This document shows positions 1 through 11,844 of a stretch of DNA of 64,000 nucleotides, piece by piece. How positions within the stretch are numbered: position 1 is the first letter of the stretch; every line of letters starts with the position of its first letter. Both the position numbers and the translations under genes were made by a program. The notes below the pieces were generated by a model. It did not search any database, was not told the origin of the DNA, and was given only the letters and a program-made list of their open reading frames with translations. Source of the DNA: Eledone cirrhosa (lineage: Eukaryota); assembly GCA_964016885.1 (NCBI GenBank), contig OZ024744.1, positions 56,420,001 through 56,484,000 on the forward strand. The letters are read 5' to 3'.

Positions 1-76
<76 letters not shown>
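1..76. repeat. (TA)n microsatellite
   Basis: Perfect AT dinucleotide run. Confidence 0.98.
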
Positions 77-82
<6 letters not shown>

Positions 83-204
83 GTGCAAAGATAGATAGAT
101 AGATATAAATATATGTACAAGTTGAAACTTGTTTACATACCTCTACCTGTAAAACTATAATAAAAACTGTTGTGACAATGATGGAGACTGTTTCTCTCTT
201 TCCT

Positions 205-480
205 GTGGTTGTTGTTGCTGGTGCTGTGGTAGTTGTTGTTGTTGCTGTTCTATTGTTGTTGTTGTTGTTGTTGGTGGGTGGTGGTGGTATTGATGTTTAG
301 GTGTTGTTGTTGTTAGTATTGATGATGTTGGTGTTTGTGTTGGTGTTAATGGTGTTGATGGTGTTGATAGTACTGTTGTTGTTTCTATTATAATTTTGTT
401 GCTGATGTTGTTTGATGTTGTTGGTGTGTTGTTGTTAATGTTGTTGTTGGTGTGTTGTTGTTGTAGTTGTTGTTGCTGTA
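205..480. repeat. Degenerate (GTT)n/(GTG)n microsatellite
   Basis: Trinucleotide periodicity seen directly. Confidence 0.9.
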
Positions 481-683
481 ATAATTTGTTCTTGTTTCTG
501 TGGACAACACAACTTCAGTCTTTACACTATGAAATCTCCCAACTTGAAACTGAACATAGATTAATGAGTTTACTTATCAAAGCCTTCATCTCACAACACC
601 CTCCCTCCATCCCATCACCACCTCCTCTCCACAACCATTTTTTTTTCTCCACTTAACACCCCATGTTACCTCTCCTTGCCCCC

Positions 684-932
684 ACACCACCAACACTGCC
701 AACACTGGCACCACCACCACCACTGTGACCATACTACCACTACAACTGGCAACACGGGCACCAACACCACTACTACCACCACCACTATCACCCTACCTCG
801 ACGACTGCCACCACTGTCACCATACCACCACAGTCACCGCCAACAACTGAATCCATACCACCACCAGCACCAGCAGCACCACCACCACCAGCAGCACCCC
901 ACCACCACCAGCACCCCACCACCACCAGCACC

Positions 933-963
<31 letters not shown>

Positions 964-1145
964 GTACCACCAGCAACACCACCACCAGCACCACCGCCAC
1001 CACCACCACCAGCACCAGCACCACCACCACCACCACCACCAGTACCACCAGCAATACCAACACCACCACCACCACCAGCACCACCAGCAACACCAACACC
1101 ACCACCACCACCAGCACCACCACCACCACCAGTACCACCAGCAAC

Positions 1146-1176
<31 letters not shown>

Positions 1177-1186
1177 CCACCACCAC
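684..1186. repeat. Degenerate (CAC)n/(CAG)n low-complexity tract
   Basis: Trinucleotide periodicity; the poly-P/H/T ORFs are artefacts. Confidence 0.9.
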
Positions 1187-1604
1187 CTTCTCTCTGTTAT
1201 GCCCACCCATATGCCAGCCAACCATCACACCGCCACCCTTCTCCCACAACCACAACTTTTCTTCGTGCTACCCCCCCCCATTTAGTAGTCATGTGATGAG
1301 ATTTCATTTCATATGTCCCCTTCCCCCCGGGGAGGGGGGAATACGACGACAGATCATTAATTAATTCCTGGGCTACAAAACTAACGAGCTAACAAGTTAA
1401 TGAACTAATGCATTCCCTCACTAGAGATGCTATACCCCCCGCCTCCCTCACTACTCCACACACCAATCCTGAACCCCTCCCCTTCTCAACGCCACCTACC
1501 CCCTACCTCTCTCTCTTAACGTCACTGCCACTAACATTTAATTGTGGATACTTTTTTAATTTATTTATAAGTATTTGGTAAAGATATTCTTAACTTTAAA
1601 TTTA

Positions 1605-2440
1605 TGATGATGGTGGTAATGGAGGGTAGTGGTGGAGGTGGTGGTGGGAGGGGTAGTGGGGGTGATGGTGATAGTGGGAGGGGTGGTGGTGGTGGTGGGA
1701 GGGGTGATGGGGGGGGGGGGGTGATGGTGGTAGTGGTAGTGGTACTGGTGGTGGTAATGGTGGTGGTGGTGTGGTAGTAGTAGTGGTGGTGGTAGTGGTG
1801 GCGGTGGTGGTAGTGGTGGTGGTGGTAATGGCAGAGGTAGTGGTGGTGGTAATGGTGATGGTGGTGGTGGTGATACTAGTGGTAGTGGTGGTAGTACTGG
1901 TGGTGGTGGTAGTAGTGGTAGTGGTGTTGGTGGTGGTGGTGGTAATTGTGGTGGTGGTGGTGGTGGTGATAGTAGTGGTAGTGGTGTTGGTGGTGGTGGT
2001 GGTGGTAATGGTAGTGGTGGTGGTGGTAGTAGTGGTAGTGGTGGTGGTGGTAGTCGTGGTGGTGGTGGTGGTGGGAATGGTGGTGGTGATAGTAGTGGTA
2101 GTGGTGGTAGTAGTGGTGGTGGTGGTGGGGTAGTAGTGGTGGGGGTGATGGTAATTGTAGAGGTAGTGGTGGTGGTAATGGTGGTGGTGGTGGTGATAGT
2201 AGTGGTAGTGGTGGTAATGGTGGTAGTGGTGGTAGTGATATTGGTGTTAGTAGTGGTGGGAGTGGTGGTGGTGGTAGTGATGGTGGTGGTGGAGGTGATG
2301 ATGTTCATGGTCATGGCAGTGGTGGTGGTGATTGTGATAGTGATAGTGATGGTGGTGGTGATGAGTGTGGTGATGGTGACTGTAATGGTTATGATGATGA
2401 TGGCAACAGTGATGTTGGCAATGATGATGATGATGATGAT
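1605..2440. repeat. Degenerate (GTG)n/(GTA)n/(GAT)n tract
   Basis: Trinucleotide periodicity. Confidence 0.9.
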
Positions 2441-2574
2441 GATAAAGGTGTCAATAATATTGAGGGAATAGTTGTGGTGGTGATGTAGCTTGAACAATAT
2501 ATCATCACCATTTAACGTCCATTTTCCACACTAGCATGGGTTAGACAGTTTGTCCCATTAGAGACAAGTTGGGT

Positions 2575-2606
<32 letters not shown>

Positions 2607-2804
2607 AAGAGAGCGAGAGAGCGAGAGAGAAAGAGAGAGGTTTATATAGAAAAGGGTGATGATTTCATACAAATGAAACAGTTCTAGTCCTGTAGAAGCC
2701 TTTTCTATTGTCTATCTGTTGTCACTCTAATTATGTATTGAGTACCTTATTTACTGTGCTTACCCTCAACGCTACATGTGATCAATATAAATATATATAT
2801 ATAT

Positions 2805-3128
2805 GTAAAAGTTCTATTTAAATTGTTGGGATACAACAAGCAAATATTTTTATAACTGATATAAAGCACTCAACAAATAATTGGAGTAAAAATACGATAT
2901 TAACAAATGGAAACTATATTTATGCAACCATTACTGTTGGAAGCTCCGGGAGCTTCCAACAGTAATGGTTGCATTCTTTAAGGGTATGTCAATATTTATT
3001 TATAAAACTGCTCTATATTATATTTTATCTGATGAAAGCACACCATAATTTAACTTGGTGTCCTTGAAATATGTATAATGAAATAAATATGGTTTTATAA
3101 ATATAGTTTCCATTTGTTAATATCGTAT
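2805..3128. mobile_element. Hammerhead-bearing AT-rich repeat (family A, Penelope-pLTR/retrozyme-like), internally inverted copy
   Basis: Homologous to 58560-58880 and 52325-52490; flanked by (TA)n; distal half is inverted relative to the 58560 copy. Confidence 0.65.
3021..3085 (+). ncRNA. Minimal type I hammerhead ribozyme motif (family A)
   Basis: Stem I TATTTTAT/ATGAAATA, CTGATGA 3029-3035, stem II AAGCACACCA/TGGTGTCCTT, GAAA 3066-3069, TATGTA, UA with predicted cleavage after 3077. Confidence 0.7.
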
Positions 3129-3199
3129 ATATATATATACACAACCCTCCAGCTTCTGTCCATACCACCCTTAAACTGTAATGTTATGTTAGCATCACA

Positions 3200-3385
3200 A
3201 AAACATTCAGCCCACTCTGTAAATGTGGTTGGCATTAGGAAGGACATCCAGCCATTGAAACCTAGCCAGAAACAGTCCTATATGAGTAAGACATGGTCAC
3301 CTGACGCAACTTGTCTCTAACAGGACAACCCATCTAACCCATGCTAGTGTGGAAAATGGACGTTAAACAATGACGATGATAATGA
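3200..3385 (+). mobile_element. RTE-type LINE/SINE 3' tail fragment
   Basis: GTGGTTGGCATTAGGAAGGACATCCAGCC...CCATGCTAGTGTGGAAAATGGACGTTAAA followed by (GAT)n; homologous to 56500-56677 and inverted at ~2500-2550. Confidence 0.7.
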
Positions 3386-4499
3386 TATATATATATATAT
3401 ATTTTATATGTGTATATATATGTGTGTGAATGAAGTGATTCCGTCGGAAAGGTCCAGGAAAAAAGTAGATATATATATATACATATAAAATATCAACCAA
3501 AAGAAAAAGCACTCTGTATAGAAATAGGGCTAATAATTATTTATTACAATTCGTATATACAACATTCCATTTGCAGCCAATGGTATGCTGCACTAACAAA
3601 GCCTGTGTAAGTGCTAGCTATAGTTGACAGTCATATCTTCAGGTGAATATGCATACAAATGCCTGAATAAGATTTTTCAAAAACTTTTGTACGAAACTAT
3701 AAGAAAAATGAGAACAACATGAAAGAAAAGAAGTGATAGAGGAGAGGTAACTCTGGTATGAAAAAAATGTTTGCCTTTGAAAAATAGCTAGAAAAAAAAA
3801 AAAAAAAATATTGAAAGTTAGTCTGTCTCCTATACACACATACATTATCAATAAATATGTCAATATATATCTCAATTATCAATATATATCTCAATATATA
3901 TGCATTCACATATATGCACATACACTCAAGCTGACAGATATTTATCTGTATAAAGCCCAGTTGTGTATTTTATATAAGTATATTGAGCATATTGACATAC
4001 CGAGTTGACAATTAGGTGTGACATTGTGTGGGAGGAATGGTAGAGAAGGGAAGAATAAAACAGGAAAAGTAATGGGAGTGTATATAGATGGTATATGATA
4101 AGAGAGATAATATTAATGTATGTTAAATCTGTCTTAGGTAAGGAAGGATGGATATAAAATGAATGAGAGTAGGATATAAAGATTTAATTTTATTCATAGT
4201 TGTATAAATAACATTACAAATCGTTTGCAATTCTTTCAGAATAAACAGAGCATATAAATAAATTTACAGTAGAATAACATAACAAATATGTTTTAAATAT
4301 ATACATAAATAACATTACAAATGCTTAGATTACATTATAAATAGCTCGCAATTCTTTCAGAAATATATATTCTTTTAATGTTACAATATTAAAGAAAATG
4401 TAAAGGAAGGGGTGAACAACGGAGCCAACACCAGAGCAAAAGACAGCAACGTCGTGAGGAGTACTGGGCAACCTCTCTAATGATTTCTGAGGCAAGCCA

Positions 4500-5150
4500 G
4501 CACACTCGTTGCCTCAGGTGATGGCGAGGCTGTTGCACTGAAACAGCCAAGCACCCTCGCGAGAATCGCCAGTCACCTCTATTAGGCGAGCCGGCAGTGA
4601 GGAAAGGAACCTCAGCGGCCTGACTCCCCCAAACGTCTCGAAAGCCACAGGCTGAAAAATGTAGCTGGCCGACAGAGTATTTGAGGGTCTTACTCCGCTT
4701 GGCTGCAGAAGCTGTGGCTCTTGTCCTAACAGCAGCATCCAGGATGGGGGAAAGAGCAAAAGAGTCACTAACAGTGATGTCCCAGACAAGGCACCTGCTT
4801 CTCGACCAGGGGCACAGGGTAAGCTGTCAGGTCTTTTGCCATCACTTCTGGACAACCCAGATGGTTCCAAGACTGAGGGAATATTCGCCTGGGCCAAAGC
4901 TCTCTTCAGAATGAAGTTTAGTGAAGCGGCCAGCATTCAGGCAGCAAGAAAGACCATGGAGGCCTGTAGAGTTGAGGAGTTTGCTACATTGGCACCCCAA
5001 ATCCATGCAGATGTCAGCTCCCACTCTGAGGGCGATGGAGACACGAAGTTCGTCCAGGCCACCAATGTAGGCCACCAATGTTGGCCACGGGTAGGGCATC
5101 GACCCAGTCGCCTGAGTATTTGGCGCTGGCAGATAGTAAGCGGCTGGGTG
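4500..5150 (-). mobile_element. CRE-clade non-LTR retrotransposon remnant (Cys/His knuckle plus restriction-like endonuclease C-terminus), frameshifted
   Basis: Peptides CQCSKLLNSTGLHGLSC, NFILKRALAQANIPSVLEPSGLSRSDGKRPD and FQPVAFETFGG...TGDSREGAWLFQ..SLAI match the CRE/RLE C-terminal pattern. Confidence 0.8.
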
Positions 5151-5189
5151 AGAATGTGTAAAGTATGAGGATCTGCTTGTGTTTGAACT

Positions 5190-5535
5190 GCCTTGCTACA
5201 TGTGAGTGCTGAAGATTTGTGGTGGCTAAAAAGAAATGAGGCATGTATGCTCCACTGGATGTGTAGTATAAGTGTACATGAATGATTGAGCACAAGTGAA
5301 TTGAGAGAAAAGTTGAGGATAAGAAGAATTGAATGTAGTGAGCAAGAGAGGTGTTTGTGATGATTTGAATATGTGATACGTAAGGAGAGCAACAGTTGTA
5401 TAAAAATATGTTAATTACATGAAGTGGATGGAACTAGTAGAAAAGCGAAACAAAGGATGACATGGAATGAAACTGTGAATAATGACCTTAAGAAACTGAA
5501 TCTCGTGAAAGAGATGACACAGGATCAAGTTGACT
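5190..5535 (+). mobile_element. RTE LINE 3' coding remnant
   Basis: KRNEACMLHWMC...LREKL...QRMTWNETVNNDLKKLNL, typical of the RTE C-terminus, with stops. Confidence 0.75.
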
Positions 5536-5584
5536 GCCTATTTACAAGTTGCATGCACAGGCCTTTCTACAGATTCACTTGTAT

Positions 5585-5775
5585 GAAGGCATATACATTA
5601 TGCAGATATACACCTGATATTCCCCCTCCATATACATGCACACATGTATCTGTGTGTATATTATGGCTCATACACTGTTCACGTTCCTGACATTTGTATA
5701 TTATTCTATGTACTATACATGCACCTTTGATGAGTTGTAGTGCACCTGAGCACTGTACACAATAATTTCATTATT
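5585..5775 (+). mobile_element. CR1 LINE 3' UTR fragment
   Basis: Near-identical to 52012-52162 (GAGTTGTAGTGCACCTGAGCACTGTACACAAT). Confidence 0.8.
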
Positions 5776-5789
5776 ATTACTTATTGGTA

Positions 5790-6100
5790 GCTCTCAATCA
5801 TGAATTTCCTGGTCTGATCCCACCGTGTAGCATCTGAGGAATGTTTTTTTTTATACTATAATATTGGTATGATCAAAGCTCCATGAAAGATAATTGGGTT
5901 GATGGAAACTATGTGGAAGTTCATCTGATAGATCATTCATGTAATTGAAAAGTCAAGCCTTATCACATATTGTGTTACACTGATTCTGCTTGAGAATTAT
6001 GGTAAGTACACATGCCAGTAGAATATTCAGCTACTTGCATAGTAATTTAAGGAGTGGGATATATTCAGTTGATCAAACAACTACAGTAAATACTCATCAT
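5790..6100 (+). mobile_element. Decayed tRNA-derived SINE
   Basis: Central segment CCTTATCACATATTGTGTTACACTGATTCTGCTTGAGAATTATGG shared with 33840-33890 and, inverted, with 35050-35415. Confidence 0.6.
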
Positions 6101-6123
6101 CAAAACGGAATTATTGTATATAA

Positions 6124-6420
6124 ACACACAAGCACATACACACACACACAAGCACACACACACACACACACACACACCCGCAAGCACACATACATACAAG
6201 CACACACACATACAAGCACACCCACACACAAACACACACTAGCACTCACATACACACAAACACCCACAAGCACATGCATACACACAAACACACCCACACA
6301 CAAACACCCACAAGCAGACACACACAAACACATACACATAGAAACACGCACACATACACACATAAACACCCACACACAAACACATACACTTACAAACACA
6401 CACACACACACACACAGCAT
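6124..6420. repeat. Degenerate (CA)n
   Basis: Dinucleotide periodicity. Confidence 0.9.
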
Positions 6421-6439
6421 CATCATCAACAATTATCTA

Positions 6440-6672
6440 TTCTAACTTTACCTTTCATCCTTACGGGGTTGATAAAATAAAGTACCAGTAATACACTGGG
6501 TAATTGCTGGCCTTGTGCCTAACGTAGAAACAATTATTTCTGTGTTTGCCATTCTGAGTTCAAATCCCGCCGAGGTTAACTTTGCCTTTCATCCTTACGG
6601 GATCGATAAAATAAAGTACCAGTAATGTACTGGGTAATTGCTGGCCTTGTGCCAATAGTAGAAACAATTATT
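6440..6672 (+). mobile_element. Two tandem 5'-truncated SINE copies (GCCTTTCATCCTTACGGGGTCGATAAAATAAAGTACCAG family, Meta-domain-like core)
   Basis: Same motif recurs at ~10870-11025, 15165-15430, 52163-52246, 55315-55500 and 57818-57880. Confidence 0.8.
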
Positions 6673-7047
6673 TTCTAATACTACAGAAATTGAAGCCTCA
6701 TATCATACGTACAATTTATAATGGTTGGATTGCAAGTCAGAGCTATAGTGATTTATTAACCAGTATAGAATGTAGAATAAAACCATTGTTTTGTTTTATC
6801 ACATCATAATTTACAATTGTTTGCATACTCATTACACATTACTCTTTTCTCTTTGGCAGCCATTACATGGCTTCTGTTGTCACTCAAGTTTGTTGTTACT
6901 CATCCTTGTTTCTGGCTAACCCATTATCATCATCATCCTGGTTTAACATTTATTTTTCAATGCTGACATGGGTTGGACAGATTATCACATACCAAGTACT
7001 TAATCAAGGTCTCAGACTTGTCAGATGTACCAGGGGCTACACCTCCC

Positions 7048-7237
7048 TAATGAGAGTCAGCTGAAAAGTTTATAGGCTAACTATGAAGGAGTGGTATAGA
7101 GCTGTGAAATCTTGCATGCATTAATTTCAACTCTTTTTTATTTTAATAACTGCATTGTTTCTTTACGGGGACAATGTTGAAAAATAAATTTTGTTTGCTA
7201 ATTCCATGAGAGTATCTTGGCCAGCCTATGAATTGTT
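7048..7237 (+). mobile_element. Internally deleted mariner derivative (MITE-like)
   Basis: Left end TGAGAGTCAGCTGAAAAGTTTATAGGCT and right end TTCCATGAGAGTATCTTGGCCAGCCTATGAA match the terminal repeat at 13320-13372. Confidence 0.7.
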
Positions 7238-7729
7238 GTGTGAGTAGGAATTTTAGGGTTATATATGTAAATATCTGTGTTGGTTGGTATATACGGGTGT
7301 TTTGAAAACGAGTGTGTATTGGTGTGGTGGCTGGAGTTGTGTGTGCGTATGTGTGCAAGGGTAAATGGATCTATAAAAACTGTGAGGGGTAGTTGAGACC
7401 ATTTAGGAACGTTGTTCCAAGGTGATATGTATATATATATGTGTGTGTGTTTATGGATATGTATAAGAAAAGTCAACAAGGAAAAACAACAAGGAGAACA
7501 ATACAATGATGGTATATATTAGTTTAACACTTGATATAACTGGAAAAAAGTCTTAATGTTGTGGATGCTAGTCCTTCATTGGATGATCGAAAGAAAGAGA
7601 AGAAAGGAGAAAAAGAAGGAAAAAGGTAGACAGACTAGAATAAAAAAGAAAACGGAAAAGGGTGGACAGGAGAGAAAGCATGGATTGTTGTTAGCCATTT
7701 TGTAAAAAAAAGGGCAAATATATATCATC

Positions 7730-8450
7730 ATTGTCATCAGCTCCATTTTACATCTGTTTTTCCATGCTTGTATGGATTGGGCAGGTCTTTATCAGCACAG
7801 CAGTCCTCCCCTTGTTATACCTCCTTCATCATCTCTTCTGTGAGTTTCAGTGATTTGGGATCAGTTCTCACTACCTATACCCAGATCTTCCTTGGTCTTT
7901 TTCTACTTGGATTTCTTGGCACTTCTTCACCCAGTGATCACCAGCTATAATATATGCATCTTATGTCCATACCAGCACAGTCTTCTCTCTTGTATGCTAC
8001 ATCTGATTACCCTTATATCCAGTTTATCTTAGTTTCATTGTTCTTGCATATTCAAATTGCATGTCCATTGAAGCATGCTTGTTTTATTTCTCTCCAAACT
8101 ATACACATCCTCTACATTCACTATCCATATCTTGCTATCATTCAGCTTTGCAGGTTGTACACAAGCTGGCCTATCATTCATAGGCAGAAATCTTTCACTG
8201 TCAACTAAGGTTGTAGCTACTATGCCCCCAGAGTGACCCTTCTCTGCTAATTAGATCACCTAGGTAGGTGAAGCTATCAACCACTTCTATGGATTCTTCC
8301 TGTGATTAGAAACTGTTTATTTCACTGATGTTCTTACTATAAACTGTCCCTGTACATCTACTATGTACAAAGTCTTTCCCGTTAATCTGCTTGCTATCCC
8401 GTTAATCTGCTTGCTATCCCACTACATCATATACACAGATATATATTGGC
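7730..8450 (-). mobile_element. Heavily decayed RTE LINE 3' part
   Basis: Minus strand encodes EVVDSFTYLGDLI and remnants of the RTE C-terminus, and ends in the RTE tail motif. Confidence 0.65.
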
Positions 8451-8469
8451 TGTGGCACTAAGATAGTAT

Positions 8470-8698
8470 TTAACCTTTTAGCATTTAAACTAGCCATATC
8501 CAGTCAGAATTCTCTCATTTCTTTCTGTTCAAACTGGACATAATCGGCCACTCATTCTAATTTTAAGGTATTGTTCTCAAAATAAATAATATCAAAATCT
8601 CATAGATTTGATATTATGTGAGATAATTATGTGAGTTAAAACCTTTACCAAGAAAATATAATAGTAAATATAGAGTAATCTCAATACTAAAGGGTTAA
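8470..8698 (+). mobile_element. TTAA-flanked MITE, family 1 (piggyBac-type)
   Basis: TTAA|CCTTTTAGCATT...AATACTAAAGGG|TTAA; homologous copies at 11616-11844 and 16342-16570. Confidence 0.75.
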
Positions 8699-9031
8699 AC
8701 ATAATAGGGGGTATATGAAAACAATACTACTATTTGTTTATATATAATAAACATATAGTAGCCTTGTTTTCAAAGAAAAAAATATTTTGTTGATAACTAG
8801 GCTACCATATGTTTATTGTATATACTTTCTACCAAATGTTTATTGTATATGCTTTCATATACACCCCTATTAAATATATGTGTGTGTGTATGTGTGTGTA
8901 TATGTGCGTACGTGTGTGTGTATGTGTATGTGTATGTATGTGTATGAGTGTGTGCGTAGCATCATCATCATCATTGTTTAAAGTCCATTTGCCCTGCTAA
9001 CAAGGTTCGGACATGTTGACACAGGCTTGTC

Positions 9032-9074
<43 letters not shown>

Positions 9075-9399
9075 ATAGTTGTTGTTGTTGTTGTTGTTGT
9101 TGTAGTAGTAGTTGTATTTCTTTTGTTATAAAAAATATTTTCTCCTAGATGGAGAAACAGGAAGAAAAGTTGTTTATCTAAGGTATTTATCTCAAAGTTT
9201 CAAATTCAGAAAGGCAATAGATATTATATGACAAGTAATTGAGGTTCATTAACAGCTTAGTAAATGTCTTCATAACAATATGCCTGCTATCAGGACCTCA
9301 GCTGGGGTTCTTATCTCTAATGAGGGATTCACCCTCATGAGGTGTAGAGGATACTTTCCTGATCACAACAGCATCTGATGATGTTGATGAGGTGCATCT

Positions 9400-10310
9400 A
9401 GGTGGTGAAGACAATCCTCCTGGAGGCTGAAGTCATACGAGCAGTTAAAGGGCTCAAATGTGGCAAGGCCACTGGGGAAGTGGGGAAGTTGAAATTCTAC
9501 CCAAGATGTTAAAAGCCTTAAATAGAGAAGGTACCTTCTGGCTGACTTATGTATGCCAAGTGACCTGGATTTCTGGAAAAGCACCTAAACAATGGCAATT
9601 GAGAGTGATAATCCCAATTTTGAAAAAGGGGAGAAGAGAGAATGCTCCACTTATAGAGAGATCTCCTTGTTAAGCCTCCCTTAAGTGTCTGGCCAAGAGA
9701 TGTAGGGAGATTGTCAAGTCCAAGCTAGCTGATGAACAGTGTGGTTTTTGCCCTGGTCACTTCACAGCTGACTAAATATTCACACTGCTGTGTGTCAATG
9801 AGAAATCATGAGGGTATTGTCAAGAGGTGTATGCTTGTTTTGTAGACTTCAAAAAGGTATTCAACCACATTCCACGGTACCTTCTATGGGAGGTTCTGCA
9901 GGAGTATGGGATCGAAGGACAGCTTCTTGTTGCCCTGATGTCTCTATATGAATGCCCTAGTATTTGTGTTTGGATAAATGGTGCTAAGTCAAATTGATTC
10001 AATGGGTACATCAGATTCCGCCAAAAAGGAATACTGTCACCCTTCCTGTTCATAATCTTCTAGAACAGAATTGACATGCGCAGCCAAGTTAGAAGTAATA
10101 TACAGACTGGTGGGTGCTGGATCAGTTAGCTAGAATTTGCAGATGACATGGTGCTTCTTAACCTTTGGATATGTTTATGACTGAGTGTTACATGGCAGGA
10201 ATGACAATCAGTGCTGCAAAGATTTGAGAAAGCCTGCACAGTGCACTCTACATGTGTGTAAAGTTACTCTGAAGCTGGTGGAGAAGTTCAAGTATAGCAG
10301 GGCTGTTCTC
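9400..10310 (+). mobile_element. RTE (Rex3/Expander-like) reverse transcriptase remnant
   Basis: GKATG..EILPKMLKALNREGTFWLTYVCQVTWISGKAPKQWQLRVIIPILKKG; ACFVDFKKVFNHIPR; FADD; many stops and frameshifts. Confidence 0.85.
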
Positions 10311-10311
10311 A

Positions 10312-10529
10312 TGCATTTTAATTTATTTTGAAAATCAAATATTTGGAGGAATTTAATAAAATAATTAACTCTTTCATTAATAGCCTAATAATTAGAACAT
10401 TACTTAACAAAAATGCCTTAAATAAAAGTATGATGAAAGGATTTAATATAAATATAAACATTCTGAAATGAACCATTGTGTATCATGAATTCAGGGTAAT
10501 TTCAGGCTATTTGGTATCAAAGGGGTTAA
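10312..10529 (+). mobile_element. TTAA-flanked MITE, family 2 (5' truncated)
   Basis: Homologous to 34761-35013; ends ATCAAAGGGG|TTAA. Confidence 0.6.
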
Positions 10530-10799
10530 TCAAAATAAACACATATCTAGAGCATCAATAAAAAGGGGGCACCCTTTTATTAAAATTAATAGTATTTGTT
10601 TGTTTGCAGATTTTATATGAGGGGTGAGGGAAGGATAACAATCTTTAAAGTGTATAGGACCTGAAAAGGACTTATTACATCCCTGGCTATACTCCTTTAC
10701 ACTCTTATCTATCACCATCAATCATCTTTACTGTAACACCACTATGTAGTGAGGTGTAGCACCTGGTTTGGTTATATTTCATCTAATCTCAACCACTCT

Positions 10800-11025
10800 T
10801 ATCACTATTACTAATAGATTGGCAGAATCTTTACAGCAAAAGATGAAATGCAGTCTGGATTCTGTTCTGGCTTCATACGTTCTGAATTTAATTCTTGCCA
10901 AGGTCAACTTTAACCTTTTATCCACAAAGTTGACGAAATAAAGTACCAGTTAAGTACTGGTGTCAATATAATTGACTTTTTCCTTCCCTTAAAGCTTTGT
11001 GCCTAAATTAAAAACGATTATTATT
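10800..11025 (+). mobile_element. SINE copy (same family as 6440-6672)
   Basis: CGTTCTGAATTTAATTCTTGCCAAGGTCAACTTT...AAATAAAGTACCAG...TGTGCCTAAATT. Confidence 0.7.
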
Positions 11026-11284
11026 ATGTAATACCATCATCACTCTACCTCTCCCACCATTACCTATCTCTCTTTCTATCTCCTCCATGTTCAGTAACCA
11101 GCATCCTTGATAACTGGAGCTCTCCACCCTCTGTCATAATCAACCCTACTCACTATACAATTTTATTTATGGAATATATCATGTAAATAGAATTTAATAG
11201 AAAAATAAAAAAAATAAAATTTAGATTGAGAAGAATGGAATGTAAAATAGGAAAATGTAGAGAAAAAAGAGAAACAGAAAAAAA

Positions 11285-11482
11285 GGGGAGGGAATGGTAA
11301 GGACTCTAGTGTCACAGAACAATGGAGGATGATTAGGCTCTGGGCAGTAGAGGGGCTGCACCCCGTAGACAAGACCATAAAAGCATTCCCATGGACAACA
11401 GCCACCCCACCTCATGAGGCTCCTTTCTTAGATGGGCTGCCGACGTTCCGATCTTGCAGAGGAACTCGACTGTATGGGGTCA
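11285..11482 (-). mobile_element. CRE-clade retrotransposon 3' end fragment
   Basis: AVVHGNAFMVLS plus a 3' UTR homologous to 33450-33720. Confidence 0.65.
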
Positions 11483-11615
11483 AACTTAAATGAACAGCAA
11501 ACATTGTGACCCTAAATATGTAACCTTGGGAATATTTTTTACTACCTACTGCTGGAAAACAATGGCTAAGATGTATTTATGACTAGCTAACAAGAGTTTT
11601 ACAACACAAACCAGC

Positions 11616-11844
11616 TTAACCCTCTAACATTTACATTAATCTATATTTACTATTATATTTTCATGGTTAATGCTTTATTTCACTTAATTATCTCACATAA
11701 TATCAAATCTATGAGGTTTTGATATTATTTATTTTGAGAACAATACTTTAAAATCAGTATGAGTGGCTAGTTACAGCCAGTTTGAACAGAAAGTGGTGAG
11801 AGAATTCTGGCCGGATATGGCCGGTTTAAATATTAAAGGATTAA
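11616..11844 (-). mobile_element. TTAA-flanked MITE, family 1
   Basis: Reverse complement of 8470-8698, with TTAA at both ends. Confidence 0.75.
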
